Position numbers and translations under genes: made by a program. Below are positions 30,865 through 40,652 of a stretch of DNA of 64,000 nucleotides, piece after piece. How positions within the stretch are numbered: position 1 is the stretch's first letter; the number at the start of each line of letters is the position of its first letter. The stretch spans positions 10,845-74,844 of the forward strand of contig CACGTA010000002.1 in the NCBI GenBank assembly GCA_902575815.1, given 5' to 3'. Below the pieces are notes generated by a model. The model was not told where the DNA came from and did no database searches. It saw only the letters and a program-made list of their open reading frames with translations. Origin of the DNA: an uncultured Alphaproteobacteria bacterium (GTDB taxonomy: Bacteria > Pseudomonadota > Alphaproteobacteria > HIMB59 > GCA-002718135).

Positions 30865-31758
30865 ATGAAAATTAAACTTGGTATCGCTCCTATTGCATGG
30901 AGCAATGATGATATGCCGGAACTTGGAGGTGATACACCTATTGAGAAATGTTTAGAGGATGCAAGCACATCTGGATTTACAGGTATTGAATTAGGGGGAA
31001 AATTTCCAAGAAATCCTGGCATAACAAAATTTCTTTTAGAAAAATTTAATTTAAAAATGCCAGGTGGTTGGTATGGCGCAATGCTAAGGAAAAGAAGTGT
31101 AAAAGAAGAATGGATAGCACTCCAAGATCATTTAAATTTATTAAAGTTAATTAATGCGGATGTTTTTGTTTTTGCTGATGTATCTGGATCAATCCAAGGC
31201 GATCAATCAAAAGCTCTTAGTAAAAGACCAATACTTGAAAAAGATGAATGGGATAGCTATTGCAAAAAAATCAGTGAATTATCTGATATGCTGATGGATG
31301 AAGGAATGCCAATGTCGTATCATGAGCATATGGGAACTATTATACAATCCGAGGAAGATGTAGATCGATTTATGGATATGACAAATCAAAATACATTTTT
31401 GCTTTACGATACTGGACACTTAATGTTTGCCGAAGCAAATTACGAAAGAGTATTAAAAAATTATATTTCTCGAATTAACCATGTTCATTGTAAGGATATT
31501 AGAAAAGATGTTTTTTCAAAATCTATTAAAGATGACTTAAGTTTTAGAGAGTCTTTTTTAGATGGTGTTTTCACTGTTCCAGGAGATGGTTGCATCGATT
31601 ACGATCCATTAATTAAGATACTATATGAGGCAAAATATCAGGAATGGTTAATTATTGAAGCTGAGCAGGATCCTAAAAAAGCAAACCCTCTTGAATATGC
31701 AAAATTAGGACATAATTACTTGCATAATATAATAACAAATAATGGGTATATTCTTTAA
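30865..31758 (+). CDS. iolE: myo-inosose-2 dehydratase
   Basis: GIAPIAWSNDD, YHEHMGT, DTGH, HVHCKD, FTVPGDGCID, EAEQDP. Confidence 0.9.
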   Translation: MKIKLGIAPIAWSNDDMPELGGDTPIEKCLEDASTSGFTGIELGGKFPRNPGITKFLLEKFNLKMPGGWYGAMLRKRSVKEEWIALQDHLNLLKLINADVFVFADVSGSIQGDQSKALSKRPILEKDEWDSYCKKISELSDMLMDEGMPMSYHEHMGTIIQSEEDVDRFMDMTNQNTFLLYDTGHLMFAEANYERVLKNYISRINHVHCKDIRKDVFSKSIKDDLSFRESFLDGVFTVPGDGCIDYDPLIKILYEAKYQEWLIIEAEQDPKKANPLEYAKLGHNYLHNIITNNGYIL

Positions 31759-32191
31759 AATAACAATAAGTACTTTAATTTCATTCATTCCTTTATATGT
31801 TCTAGCTCACAAAGTAACTTTAGAGAACAAATCGTTAGAAAAGATTGTTAACGAAAGAATGGCAATAATGCAAAAAATTAAAAGCACATCATCGAAACTT
31901 TACAGATTATCAAATTCAGATCAATATGAGGAAATGTTAGAGCTTAATGCAACTCTTCTTCACTCAGCATCTGAATTTAAAGATTTTTATCCTGAAAATA
32001 GTCAAGCAGAAGGAGCTAGTGATAATATTTGGAGTGATCGTGAGACATTTAATGAATATAACCAAAACTTTGTAGACGATATCGAAATGATATCTTTAAG
32101 TATAGAATTAGAAGATAAAGAGATGATAAGTGATGCTATTAAAGCAATGGCTGCAAATTGCAGCACTTGTCATAAAAAATTTAGAAATTAA
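31742..32191 (+). CDS. Class II cytochrome c (c'/c556 family), exported
   Basis: N-terminal signal-like segment, R-x3-M helix 1, AxxxIW motif, C-terminal CSTCH. Confidence 0.85.
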   Translation: MGIFFKITISTLISFIPLYVLAHKVTLENKSLEKIVNERMAIMQKIKSTSSKLYRLSNSDQYEEMLELNATLLHSASEFKDFYPENSQAEGASDNIWSDRETFNEYNQNFVDDIEMISLSIELEDKEMISDAIKAMAANCSTCHKKFRN

Positions 32192-32898
32192 TTATTTAAT
32201 CTTAAGTGTGGATTATATTTCCATTCTAAATATTTAACAAATTGAACCATTAGAAAATTTAAAAAAAGATAAAGAATTCCTGCAGCAATAAATGCTTCAA
32301 CAGGTGCAAATGTTTTAGCCATTATCTTTCTAGCAATACCTGTCATTTCCATGTAGGTTGTCAGACTAACTAAAGAGGTTGCTTTAACCATTAGTATTAA
32401 TTCATTACCGTAAGAAGGTAGAACTTTTCGTATAGCTATAGGTAGAATAATTTTTCTTAAAAGTAAAAATTTTCCAAACCCAAGAGATAAGCCTGATTCA
32501 ACCTGACTTTTCTCAATTGATTGTATGCCACCTCTAAAAATTTCTGCTCCGTATGCAACAGTATTAATTGTAAGGGCTATAACTCCACACCAAAAAGGTT
32601 CTTTTAATGCATACCACAAAAAACTTTCTCGAATAAATTTTACAGAACCTAAACCGAAATAAATTAAATATATTTGAACAAGTAAAGGGGTTCCTCTAAT
32701 GACAAAAATATAACTAGCAATTGTTCTTGATAATAATGTAATTTTAGAAACTCTTCCTAGAGCAAATAATAACGCTAAGACAAAACCAATTGGTAATGAA
32801 ATTAATAATAATAAAATTGTATTATCTAAGCCAGATAGGACCAAAAAGAAATTTTTATAAATAAGAGAATTTTGAATACTATTTAAAAATTCAATCAT
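32188..32898 (-). CDS. Polar amino-acid ABC transporter permease (HisM-like)
   Basis: RGTPLLVQIY, AYGAEIFRGG, GNELILMVKATSL. Confidence 0.92.
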   Translation of the reverse strand: MIEFLNSIQNSLIYKNFFLVLSGLDNTILLLLISLPIGFVLALLFALGRVSKITLLSRTIASYIFVIRGTPLLVQIYLIYFGLGSVKFIRESFLWYALKEPFWCGVIALTINTVAYGAEIFRGGIQSIEKSQVESGLSLGFGKFLLLRKIILPIAIRKVLPSYGNELILMVKATSLVSLTTYMEMTGIARKIMAKTFAPVEAFIAAGILYLFLNFLMVQFVKYLEWKYNPHLRLNN

Positions 32899-33602
32899 GT
32901 CGAAAATCCTTTTGAATAATTTACTTCTAGCGTTTTAAAAACCCTGCCAGAAATTGTTGTTAAACATAAATACAATATTGCAGCTGTTATTAAGAAAGTT
33001 AAAGGTGAATGCTCAACGTTAGAAGATATTCTAGATTGACGCATAATTTCAACAAGACCAGTTACGGAAATAAGGGAAGTATCTTTAAGAGTTATTTGCC
33101 ATACATTCCCTATTCCCGGTAAAGCATGTCTTATAACTTGGGGCGAAATAACTTTAAAAAAAATACTAAATTTATTCATACCCAGTGCTCTTGCAGCTTC
33201 TATTTGACCCTTAGATATAGCCAAATAAGAAGCTCTTAAAACTTCACTGGAATATGTAGCTGATATTACTGCAATGGCTATTGTTGCAATTGTAAGTGCG
33301 TTTAGTTCTATATATTTATTATATCCAAATACTTTAGCGATACTCATAACAACAGCATTGCCACCAAAGAAAATTAGATAAATAACTAATAATTCAGGGA
33401 CACCTCTAATTACAGTTGTATAAAAATTTGCAATAAATCTTGTTATTCTGTTTTGTATTATCTTTGCCCATACTGTAATAATTGCTAAAAAAAGACCCAA
33501 ACCCATTGATAAAATGCTTACTAGTAGAGTCATAAGTGTTGCTATAAGAAATTCATCGCCCCACCCTGCATCGCCAAATACAAGTTTGTCAAATTTGAAC
33601 AT
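32895..33602 (-). CDS. Polar amino-acid ABC transporter permease (HisQ-like)
   Basis: RGVPELLV, GQIEAARALG, ALPGIGNVW, KDTSLIS. Confidence 0.92.
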   Translation of the reverse strand: MFKFDKLVFGDAGWGDEFLIATLMTLLVSILSMGLGLFLAIITVWAKIIQNRITRFIANFYTTVIRGVPELLVIYLIFFGGNAVVMSIAKVFGYNKYIELNALTIATIAIAVISATYSSEVLRASYLAISKGQIEAARALGMNKFSIFFKVISPQVIRHALPGIGNVWQITLKDTSLISVTGLVEIMRQSRISSNVEHSPLTFLITAAILYLCLTTISGRVFKTLEVNYSKGFST

Positions 33603-33661
33603 ATAAAAGTAAACAAGTAATGATGAAAAATATACTTGTCTACCTTCTAATATATGAAATT

Positions 33662-34636
33662 TTAAATCAGAACTTTTTCTATTTCTTCAATCACTCTAGA
33701 GACAGGTATTTTATTAATATTTTTTGAGTTAAAATCACTTGAAGATATAGAAAATAGATTTGGATTTTCAGGAGTAAATTTTCTAGAATCTTTTGGACCA
33801 AAGAGTTTAATTAATGGGCAATATCCAGTTGATAACATATGACTAACTCCACTATCGTTCGATATGGCTAATTGTAAATATTTGGTGGTAGCCATAATAA
33901 TTTCTATATTTTGAAATCCAGTAATATGATCCTCGATAAATATTGAGTGAGGAAAGATATTTTTTAATTTTTCTTTTAAATGAAGTTCATCAGGTCCAAT
34001 AAAAAAAACTATAGTCTTATTATTTACTTGAAGATAGTTACATAAATCGATGTATTTCTCTAAAGGCCAAATCTTATTCTTTTCTCCAGCACCAGGTGCA
34101 ATTCCTACATAGCTTTTATGTTTTAATAAAATATTACTTATGACTCCTTCGAGATTTTCACTGATTGGAATTTTAAAATCATTTCTATTTTTTTTAATAA
34201 CTATTAAATCTAATAAATCTAAAATGTAGTTTAAATAATACTTTCTTTTCTTGTTACTTTTAATTTTTTTAGAAGAAAAAAAACCATTAGCTGATCCAGA
34301 AATAAAATTTCTATGCTTGATTCGTTTTAATGCTATAGTTCTTATTACTGATTTTTGTGTATCTAAAATATAATCAAAAAATTCATTTTCTAATTTATAT
34401 CTTTTTGATATTTTATTCCAAAAAAATGGACTAAGATCTGCTTGATCAAGAATCTCATCAATATAATTACTTGCAATTAATTTAAGAGTGCTTGAATAAA
34501 CAGTTTTACCCTTATTAGTAAGCCAATATAATTTATAGTCTGGAAGTCTTGTTTTAATTTCGTGAAGAAGTTGTAATTTAATTATTCCATCTCCAATTTT
34601 TTCACCATTTGAAAAAACTAAAATTTTTTTAGTCAT
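33662..34636 (-). CDS. Glycosyltransferase family 9 (heptosyltransferase-like)
   Basis: IGD near N-terminus, IAPGAG..KIWP, SNDSGVSHM, LFGP; likely start MTKKIL at 34636. Confidence 0.85.
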   Translation of the reverse strand: MTKKILVFSNGEKIGDGIIKLQLLHEIKTRLPDYKLYWLTNKGKTVYSSTLKLIASNYIDEILDQADLSPFFWNKISKRYKLENEFFDYILDTQKSVIRTIALKRIKHRNFISGSANGFFSSKKIKSNKKRKYYLNYILDLLDLIVIKKNRNDFKIPISENLEGVISNILLKHKSYVGIAPGAGEKNKIWPLEKYIDLCNYLQVNNKTIVFFIGPDELHLKEKLKNIFPHSIFIEDHITGFQNIEIIMATTKYLQLAISNDSGVSHMLSTGYCPLIKLFGPKDSRKFTPENPNLFSISSSDFNSKNINKIPVSRVIEEIEKVLI

Positions 34637-34663
34637 AATAGAACACTTTAACACAAATTTTTT

Positions 34664-34840
34664 AAGAGTCTAATTTTGAAGAATTATAGGATTAAATAGC
34701 GTAAAGAAAACAAAACATTTCGAGGGTGATTAAAGGTAACATTTACGACCTAATTACCTAACCAAAAATTATCAAAACTTAGACTTTTCTCTAATAAAAA
34801 CTGTGTAGTTTATCTTTGCAAAAGCAAAAAAGTTACCCTC
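34664..34840. ncRNA. Candidate structured RNA (long hairpin plus loop-3' pseudoknot), family unknown
   Basis: Nested complementary segments 34664-85/34767-88, 34687-94/34751-60, 34700-05/34742-47; loop segment 34722-31 is complementary to 34831-40. No family recognised. Confidence 0.35.
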
Positions 34841-34859
34841 AAAAAAAAGTAAAAAAAAG

Positions 34860-34935
<76 letters not shown>

Positions 34936-34987
34936 ACAAGACATCAGATAAAGTATTTATAATTAAATTCAATTAAAAATAAGATAA

Positions 34988-35167
34988 TTAATCAGATTTT
35001 ATTTGCAGCCCATGTTCATCAGTTAGCCATTTCATCAAATCAAGACTAGCGCATTTTTTTGAACAAAAAGGTATAAATGGTTCCTTAGAAACCTTTTTAC
35101 ATGTTGGGCATTTAGATTTTTTTTTTAAAGAAATGATATTATTTTTTTTAGATTTTTTTATTTCCAT
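34988..35167 (-). CDS. yacG: DNA gyrase inhibitor YacG (59 aa, below ORF-track cutoff)
   Basis: Translated by hand: ...[30 protein letters not shown]..., with CxxC, PFCSxxC and DLxxW; infA-yacG-tRNA-Phe synteny. Confidence 0.9.
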   Translation of the reverse strand: MEIKKSKKNNIISLKKKSKCPTCKKVSKEPFIPFCSKKCASLDLMKWLTDEHGLQIKSD

Positions 35168-35376
35168 CTAAAAGTAATTCTGCCTTTTGTTAAATCATAA
35201 GGTGTCATTTCTACTGTTACTTTATCACCAGCTAATACTCTTATTCTATTTTTTCTCATTTTTCCTGATGAGTGAGCTAGAATTTCATGATCATTTTCTA
35301 ATTTTACTTTAAACATTGCATTTGGAAGAAGTTCTAATACAACTCCTTGAAATTCAATCGATCCTTCTTTTGGCAT
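35158..35376 (-). CDS. infA: Translation initiation factor IF-1
   Basis: [38 protein letters not shown]. Confidence 0.98.
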   Translation of the reverse strand: MPKEGSIEFQGVVLELLPNAMFKVKLENDHEILAHSSGKMRKNRIRVLAGDKVTVEMTPYDLTKGRITFRWK

Positions 35377-35400
35377 ATTTTTATAAGCTTATAGTAAAAA

Positions 35401-36681
35401 TTATTTCTTTTGTCTAATTTTAACTGACAATTTATGTCCATCTAGACCTTCAAGTTCTGACATTTTTTTAGTATCTTCCGAAAGAACATTAAAAGATTTT
35501 TTATTCATCTCAACAACAGAGGTTCTTTTCATAAAATCTAAAACACCTAGACCTGATGAAAATTTTGCCGCTCCTGATGTCGGCAATACATGGTTAGTTC
35601 CTACAATATAATCACCAAAAGCTTCGACAGAGTATTCACCTAAAAATATACCGCCAGCATTATTTATGTTCGATAATAATTTTTTATTATTAGAAATGTG
35701 AATATGTAAATGTTCTGGTGCAACAAAATTTATGATTTCTGAAGCAAGTTCTATATTATCGACCAAAGCAATAATTCCATTATTATTTAAACTTTTTTCA
35801 ATTATTTTCTTTTTTGATAAATCTTTTTTAATTTTTTTAATTGAACTTATGACTTTAGTCGCAAAATCTTTACTATCCGTAATTAAAATTGATTGTGCAT
35901 TTTCATCATGTTCTGCTTGAGCTATTAGATCTGAAGCTACCCATTCTGGATTATTATTGTTATTTGCAACAACTATTATTTCAGATGGTCCTGCTAGTAA
36001 ATCTATACCTACTTTTCCATACAATTGTTTTTTTGCCTCTGCTACATAAGCATTACCAGGTCCAAATATTTTATTGACTGGCTTAATAGTTTGAGTGCCA
36101 AACGTTAGTGCACTAATAGCTTGAGCTCCTCCTACAAAATATGTTTCTTTAATACCTAATTCCCTTATTAATTTTATAAAATATGGATTAATTGATTTAG
36201 TTGGTGGTGTGATACAAACAATTCTTTTTACTCCAGCCTTGATTGCGGGTACTGCATTCATAATTAAAGATGAGGGATAAAAAGCCCTTCCTCCAGGTAC
36301 GTACAAGCCAACTGAATCAATAGGTTTCCATACAGATTTCAATGTTGCACCATTATTAGTATAGATGATATTTTTAGGTAATTGTTTTTTGTGAAATGAT
36401 GAAATATTTTTTATAGCTTTTTTAAAACTATTAAATATTTGTGGCTCAACTTTAGATTGTATTTTTATTTTCGATAAATCTAAACTAAGATCTTGTTTGC
36501 TAATTTTAACTTTATCAAATTTTGCTGCATACTTAATTAGAGATTTATCGCCATTTTTTTTAACATCATAAATAATTTTTTTTACATCTTCTTGAATTGA
36601 TTTACTTGATAATGAATTTCTTTTTTCAATTTTTGTCTTAAATTGATCATAAAAATTTTTATTAAATTTTATTATTTTCAT
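35401..36681 (-). CDS. hisD: Histidinol dehydrogenase
   Basis: GLYVPGG, GPGNAYV, AGPSE, QAEHD, APEHL, GTNHVLPT. Confidence 0.97.
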   Translation of the reverse strand: MKIIKFNKNFYDQFKTKIEKRNSLSSKSIQEDVKKIIYDVKKNGDKSLIKYAAKFDKVKISKQDLSLDLSKIKIQSKVEPQIFNSFKKAIKNISSFHKKQLPKNIIYTNNGATLKSVWKPIDSVGLYVPGGRAFYPSSLIMNAVPAIKAGVKRIVCITPPTKSINPYFIKLIRELGIKETYFVGGAQAISALTFGTQTIKPVNKIFGPGNAYVAEAKKQLYGKVGIDLLAGPSEIIVVANNNNNPEWVASDLIAQAEHDENAQSILITDSKDFATKVISSIKKIKKDLSKKKIIEKSLNNNGIIALVDNIELASEIINFVAPEHLHIHISNNKKLLSNINNAGGIFLGEYSVEAFGDYIVGTNHVLPTSGAAKFSSGLGVLDFMKRTSVVEMNKKSFNVLSEDTKKMSELEGLDGHKLSVKIRQKK

Positions 36682-37325
36682 TTAACGAAAGTACCTATTT
36701 CAGAAATAATTTTTGAAACTTCATTCATATTTGTCTTATAAGCTGATCTATTCACAATTAATTTAGATTGAATTTTCATTATTTCTTCAATTTCAGTCAA
36801 ACCATTTTCTTTCAATGTTTTTCCTGTAGAAACTAAATCTACAATTCTTCTACACATATTTAAAGAAGGGGCTAATTCCATTGATCCACTTAGTTTTATA
36901 ATTTCTACTTGTATTCCCTTATTATAAAAAAATTTTTTAGTAATATTTGGGTATTTAGTAGCAATTCTAATATTACTCCAAGTTTCTGGATCCTCTTTTT
37001 TTAATAAAGACTTTAGAGCAGCTACAGAAATTCGACAATGACCAATATTTAATTCAAGCGGAGCATATATTTCTGAGTAATCAAATTCATTAATTACATC
37101 CTCACCAGCTATTCCTATTTGAGCAGCTCCAAATGCAACAAATGTACATGCATCAAAGGCTCTTACTTTAATATACTCAATGTTTCTTTTTTTAGATTTG
37201 AACGTTAATTTTCTTGTATCTTTATCAAATAGTAGAGGATCAGGGGCAAAACTCGTTTTAAGTAACAAGTTTTTACATTCTTTTGTAATTCTGCCTCTTG
37301 GTACTGCAATAACTATTTTGCTCAT
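36678..37325 (-). CDS. hisG: ATP phosphoribosyltransferase, short form
   Basis: IAVPRGR, IATKYP, GSMELAP, IVDLVSTGKTLKENGL; no C-terminal regulatory domain. Confidence 0.95.
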   Translation of the reverse strand: MSKIVIAVPRGRITKECKNLLLKTSFAPDPLLFDKDTRKLTFKSKKRNIEYIKVRAFDACTFVAFGAAQIGIAGEDVINEFDYSEIYAPLELNIGHCRISVAALKSLLKKEDPETWSNIRIATKYPNITKKFFYNKGIQVEIIKLSGSMELAPSLNMCRRIVDLVSTGKTLKENGLTEIEEIMKIQSKLIVNRSAYKTNMNEVSKIISEIGTFVK

Positions 37326-37371
37326 AAATTGCAGGCTTTTATATTGTGATCAAAGAAAAAACTAGAAAAAG

Positions 37372-38628
37372 TTAGTTTTTCTGTCTTTTTATTTTTGCTC
37401 CCAAACTACCTAATGTTTTTTCAATATTTTCATAGCCTCTATCAAGATGATAGACACGATTTAGTGTCGTTTGACCATTCGCATTCATAGCAGCTAACAC
37501 TAAACTTATACTAGCTCGTAAATCACTAGCCATTACCTGCGCTCCTTTAAATGTTTGATTACCTATTATTGTAGCGGTATCTTTTTCTACTGTAATATTC
37601 GCACCTAATCGATTCAGTTCAGGAACATGCATGAATCTATTTTCAAAAATTGTTTCTTTAATTTTTGATTTCCCATCAGAGATACACATAAGAGACATTA
37701 ACTGAGCTTGTAAATCGGTGGGAAAACCTGGATATGGACTAGTTGAAAGACTAGTAGATTTTAGTTTTGATCCTGTAGAGACTTTTATCGAATTTTTACT
37801 TACTTTTAATTTTGCACCCATTTTTTTTAAAATATCAATTAAGGATTTTAAATAAATAGTATTAAAGTTATTTATTTCTAAAGCTGAATTTAACATCAAA
37901 GCTGCAATTATATATGTGCCAGCTACAATTCTATCGGCAATTATCTCATGCTCTGCTTTTTTTAAATTTGTTACACCTTGTACAAGTATAGTTTTTGTTC
38001 CATGACCTTCTATTTTTGCACCCATTTTTATAAGACAGTTAGACAAATCTTCTATTTCTGGTTCTCTTGCAGCATTAGAAATTTTAGTTTCACCTTTTGC
38101 TAATACGGAGGCCATTAGTATATTTTCAGTTGCTCCTACACTTGGAAATGGTAATTTAATTTTATTTCCAATTAATTGTGATTTAACACTGCCAACAACA
38201 AAACCATTTTGAATTTCAAAATTAGCTCCCAATTTTGATAAACCAGAAAGATGTATATCTATTGGCCTAGTTCCAATGGCGCATCCTCCTGGTAAAGATA
38301 TTCTAGCCTCACCAAATCGAGAAAGTAATGGACCTAGTATCAATATAGAGGCTCTCATTTTTCGCACAACATCATAATCTGCTGATAGATTCTTAATTTT
38401 TGATGGATTAATTTTTAATTTATTTTTTTTGTGTTCAATTTTTACACCGTAATTTTTCAGTAATTTTATTAAATTTAGAACATCAACCACATTAGGTACA
38501 TTTGAGAGTTTTAAAGTTTTTTTAGATAAAAGAGAAGATACTATAATCGGTAGTGCAGAATTTTTTGAACCGTGAACATTAACTGAGCCGGAAATTTTAG
38601 AACCTCCTTTTATTATTAATTTATCCAT
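37372..38628 (-). CDS. murA: UDP-N-acetylglucosamine 1-carboxyvinyltransferase
   Basis: GSKNSALP, LPGGCAIGTRPID (catalytic Cys), PGFPTDLQAQ, HLDRGYE. Confidence 0.97.
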   Translation of the reverse strand: MDKLIIKGGSKISGSVNVHGSKNSALPIIVSSLLSKKTLKLSNVPNVVDVLNLIKLLKNYGVKIEHKKNKLKINPSKIKNLSADYDVVRKMRASILILGPLLSRFGEARISLPGGCAIGTRPIDIHLSGLSKLGANFEIQNGFVVGSVKSQLIGNKIKLPFPSVGATENILMASVLAKGETKISNAAREPEIEDLSNCLIKMGAKIEGHGTKTILVQGVTNLKKAEHEIIADRIVAGTYIIAALMLNSALEINNFNTIYLKSLIDILKKMGAKLKVSKNSIKVSTGSKLKSTSLSTSPYPGFPTDLQAQLMSLMCISDGKSKIKETIFENRFMHVPELNRLGANITVEKDTATIIGNQTFKGAQVMASDLRASISLVLAAMNANGQTTLNRVYHLDRGYENIEKTLGSLGAKIKRQKN

Positions 38629-38770
38629 TTTTGCTAATAGCTTGTTTTCTTTTTAAAATATTTGATTTCAGTTTTTTTTCTAACCTTTTTAATCTCGTTA
38701 AGCGTATTTCTTTTTTAGAATCATTTTTTGTTTGATGTGTATCTTTTTCTTTATTTAATTTATCTGTCAT
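38621..38770 (-). CDS. Small basic protein upstream of murA (49 aa)
   Basis: MTDKLNKEKD...RLKRLEKKLKSNILKRKQAISKNG*; overlaps the murA start. Resembles the RLxxxLxxNLxRRK small ORF recalled upstream of murA in alphaproteobacteria. Confidence 0.7.
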   Translation of the reverse strand: MTDKLNKEKDTHQTKNDSKKEIRLTRLKRLEKKLKSNILKRKQAISKNG

Positions 38771-38779
38771 AAATAAGAT

Positions 38780-38938
38780 TTAATTATTATTATTTTTTTT
38801 TAATCCATTTTTAGAGCATTTCTTAGAACAATATAAAACATTCTTCCAATCTCTTTCCCATTTTTTTCTCCAAGAGAATGGCTTATTGCAAACAATACAA
38901 ACTTTAGATGGTAAGTTTTTCTTCAAGATTTTACTCAA
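38780..38938 (-). CDS. DUF2256-family small Cys-rich protein
   Basis: [33 protein letters not shown]; start uncertain (TTG at 38938 or 38926). Confidence 0.85.
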   Translation of the reverse strand: MSKILKKNLPSKVCIVCNKPFSWRKKWERDWKNVLYCSKKCSKNGLKKNNNN

Positions 38939-40079
38939 ATAGGTAAAAATATCCGTAGGCAACAACTAATGCAGGAATTGCACTATAAAGAGTTGCTAAA
39001 ATCGCAGCTTTTGGGGCAAGAGCAATTGCTGGGAATAAAGCATCACCATCATTTGAAATAGCATTACCAAGCTCTGCAGAAAGAGGAATATAGCCATTTA
39101 GATAAAACGTTGCTACAACAACTTGCGGTCCACAACCAGGTAAAAAACCAAATAAAATTGCTACCAATGGAACAAACGGTAGCCATAAATCAAAAAATAT
39201 TTTTAAATCTAAACTTGTAAAGTATATAAATATTTCAAAGACAAGAAAACCACTAATGACCCAGGTGGTTACAAAATTAGTTGTATCTACTACTCTTGAT
39301 AATAATCCTCTACTTTTATCAGTTGAGCATTGAAAATCACTTAATGGATTTAATGACCACATAAATATTGAAAGTATTGCTCCAGCAGAAGCTACAAAAA
39401 CTAAAAGTGAGTTGTAAACTGGTGAAAATTCTATCTGGAATGCAACTAGAATTCCAAAAATAAAACCAGGGATAAATAAAAAAAGCCAAAAGAAATTAAA
39501 ATTCGATACGAAAGTTTTATTTATTTTTTCAAATTCAACTTTTATTTTTGTCTCTGATTGCATAAAATTTATACCATGAATAAAATCAATTATGTAACCT
39601 GAAATTGATCCAAAAATTATTCCAATACCAAATATTAAAAGTCCTGTTGTGGGCTCAATAGCAAGTATTAAAAAAGCTGCATCACCCATTGTTGCTGTTA
39701 ACACAGCGACTAAGGATCCAAAAGAAATACGGCCCTGAATATATTGAGTCACAACTATTATAGCTCCACCACATCCAGGTATTGCACCTAAAAAAGCAGC
39801 TATGCCGACATGGAACTTTTGTGTCTTAGATAAAAAATTCTTTACATCAAACTTTGTTAAACTGTCCAACCCAATAAAAACAAATAGAGTAAATCCTACA
39901 AAAACAGATACCTGAATATAAGCATCTATCATTGATGATCTTATAACTTCTCCAAACTCTCCTCCTTGAAAAACAAGAGAAAGTAATAATAGACCAAAGA
40001 AAGATTTCTTTAATAACCTTCCATCATTCTCAAGAATGATCTTTGTTTTTTCATTAATAGCGTTAATCAGCGCATTCAT
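38931..40079 (-). CDS. mntX: Putative manganese transporter (MntX-type)
   Basis: Multi-TM protein with repeated PGCG motifs ([17 protein letters not shown]), TMGDAAF and NDGDALFP; divergent from mntR. Confidence 0.8.
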   Translation of the reverse strand: MNALINAINEKTKIILENDGRLLKKSFFGLLLLSLVFQGGEFGEVIRSSMIDAYIQVSVFVGFTLFVFIGLDSLTKFDVKNFLSKTQKFHVGIAAFLGAIPGCGGAIIVVTQYIQGRISFGSLVAVLTATMGDAAFLILAIEPTTGLLIFGIGIIFGSISGYIIDFIHGINFMQSETKIKVEFEKINKTFVSNFNFFWLFLFIPGFIFGILVAFQIEFSPVYNSLLVFVASAGAILSIFMWSLNPLSDFQCSTDKSRGLLSRVVDTTNFVTTWVISGFLVFEIFIYFTSLDLKIFFDLWLPFVPLVAILFGFLPGCGPQVVVATFYLNGYIPLSAELGNAISNDGDALFPAIALAPKAAILATLYSAIPALVVAYGYFYLFE

Positions 40080-40099
40080 TAAATGTATATATAGCTAAT

Positions 40100-40121
40100 A
40101 AATATAGCTATGGCTATATTT
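40100..40121. promoter_or_regulatory. MntR operator
   Basis: Perfect palindrome AAATATAGC-TATG-GCTATATTT between divergent mntX and mntR; close to enterobacterial MntR box AAACATAGC-N4-GCTATGTTT. Confidence 0.85.
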
Positions 40122-40135
40122 TCTGTTAATTTTTA

Positions 40136-40549
40136 TTGATTATTATGTTAAAAAAGAGGATGTCATTCAGCAAAGTCCGAAATGCTCATAAAACAGAAAA
40201 TACTGAAGATTATTTAGAACTAATTGCAGAACTTTTAAATTCTAAGGGGGAAGCTCGCATCGTTGATATTGCTGAAAGTTTAGGTATTGCGCAAGCCACA
40301 GCAAATAAAACAATACAAAGATTACAAACACAGGGTTACATTAAAAGAGAACCTTATCGATCAATTTTTTTGACTTTTAAAGGTCAAAAAATAGCAAGTG
40401 AATCAAAAAAAAGGCATAATATAGTATACAATTTTTTACTAAATCTTGGTTTAGACAAGAATACGGCCTCTGAAGATGCCGAAGGAATAGAGCATCATGT
40501 TAGCGAAAAGACACTTAAAAAAATGGATAATTTTAACTCAAAAAAATAA
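40136..40549 (+). CDS. mntR: Manganese-dependent regulator MntR (short DtxR family)
   Basis: EDYLELI, ARIVDIA HTH, RHNIV, DAEGIEHHVS. True start may be ATG at 40145 or 40160. Confidence 0.9.
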   Translation: MIIMLKKRMSFSKVRNAHKTENTEDYLELIAELLNSKGEARIVDIAESLGIAQATANKTIQRLQTQGYIKREPYRSIFLTFKGQKIASESKKRHNIVYNFLLNLGLDKNTASEDAEGIEHHVSEKTLKKMDNFNSKK

Positions 40550-40586
40550 ATTTAATTTATTGCCAAATCAATTTTATCTAGTGTAT

Positions 40587-40622
40587 AAAAAAAGAAGGGA
40601 CACGGCGAATATCCCTTCTTTT
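40587..40622. terminator. Bidirectional terminator between mntR and the methyltransferase operon
   Basis: AAAAGAAGGGA/TCCCTTCTTTT inverted repeat with A/T tracts on both sides. Confidence 0.8.
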
Positions 40623-40652
40623 CATCATTGGTTTATGGATAGAAATAAACCT
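40587..40652 (-). ncRNA. Candidate ~65-nt small RNA with own promoter and terminator
   Basis: Minus strand: TTGAGC-N17-TATTTA, then hairpin GGTTTAT/ATAAACC, then AAAAGAAGGGATA/TGTCCCTTCTTTT with T-tail. Confidence 0.45.
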
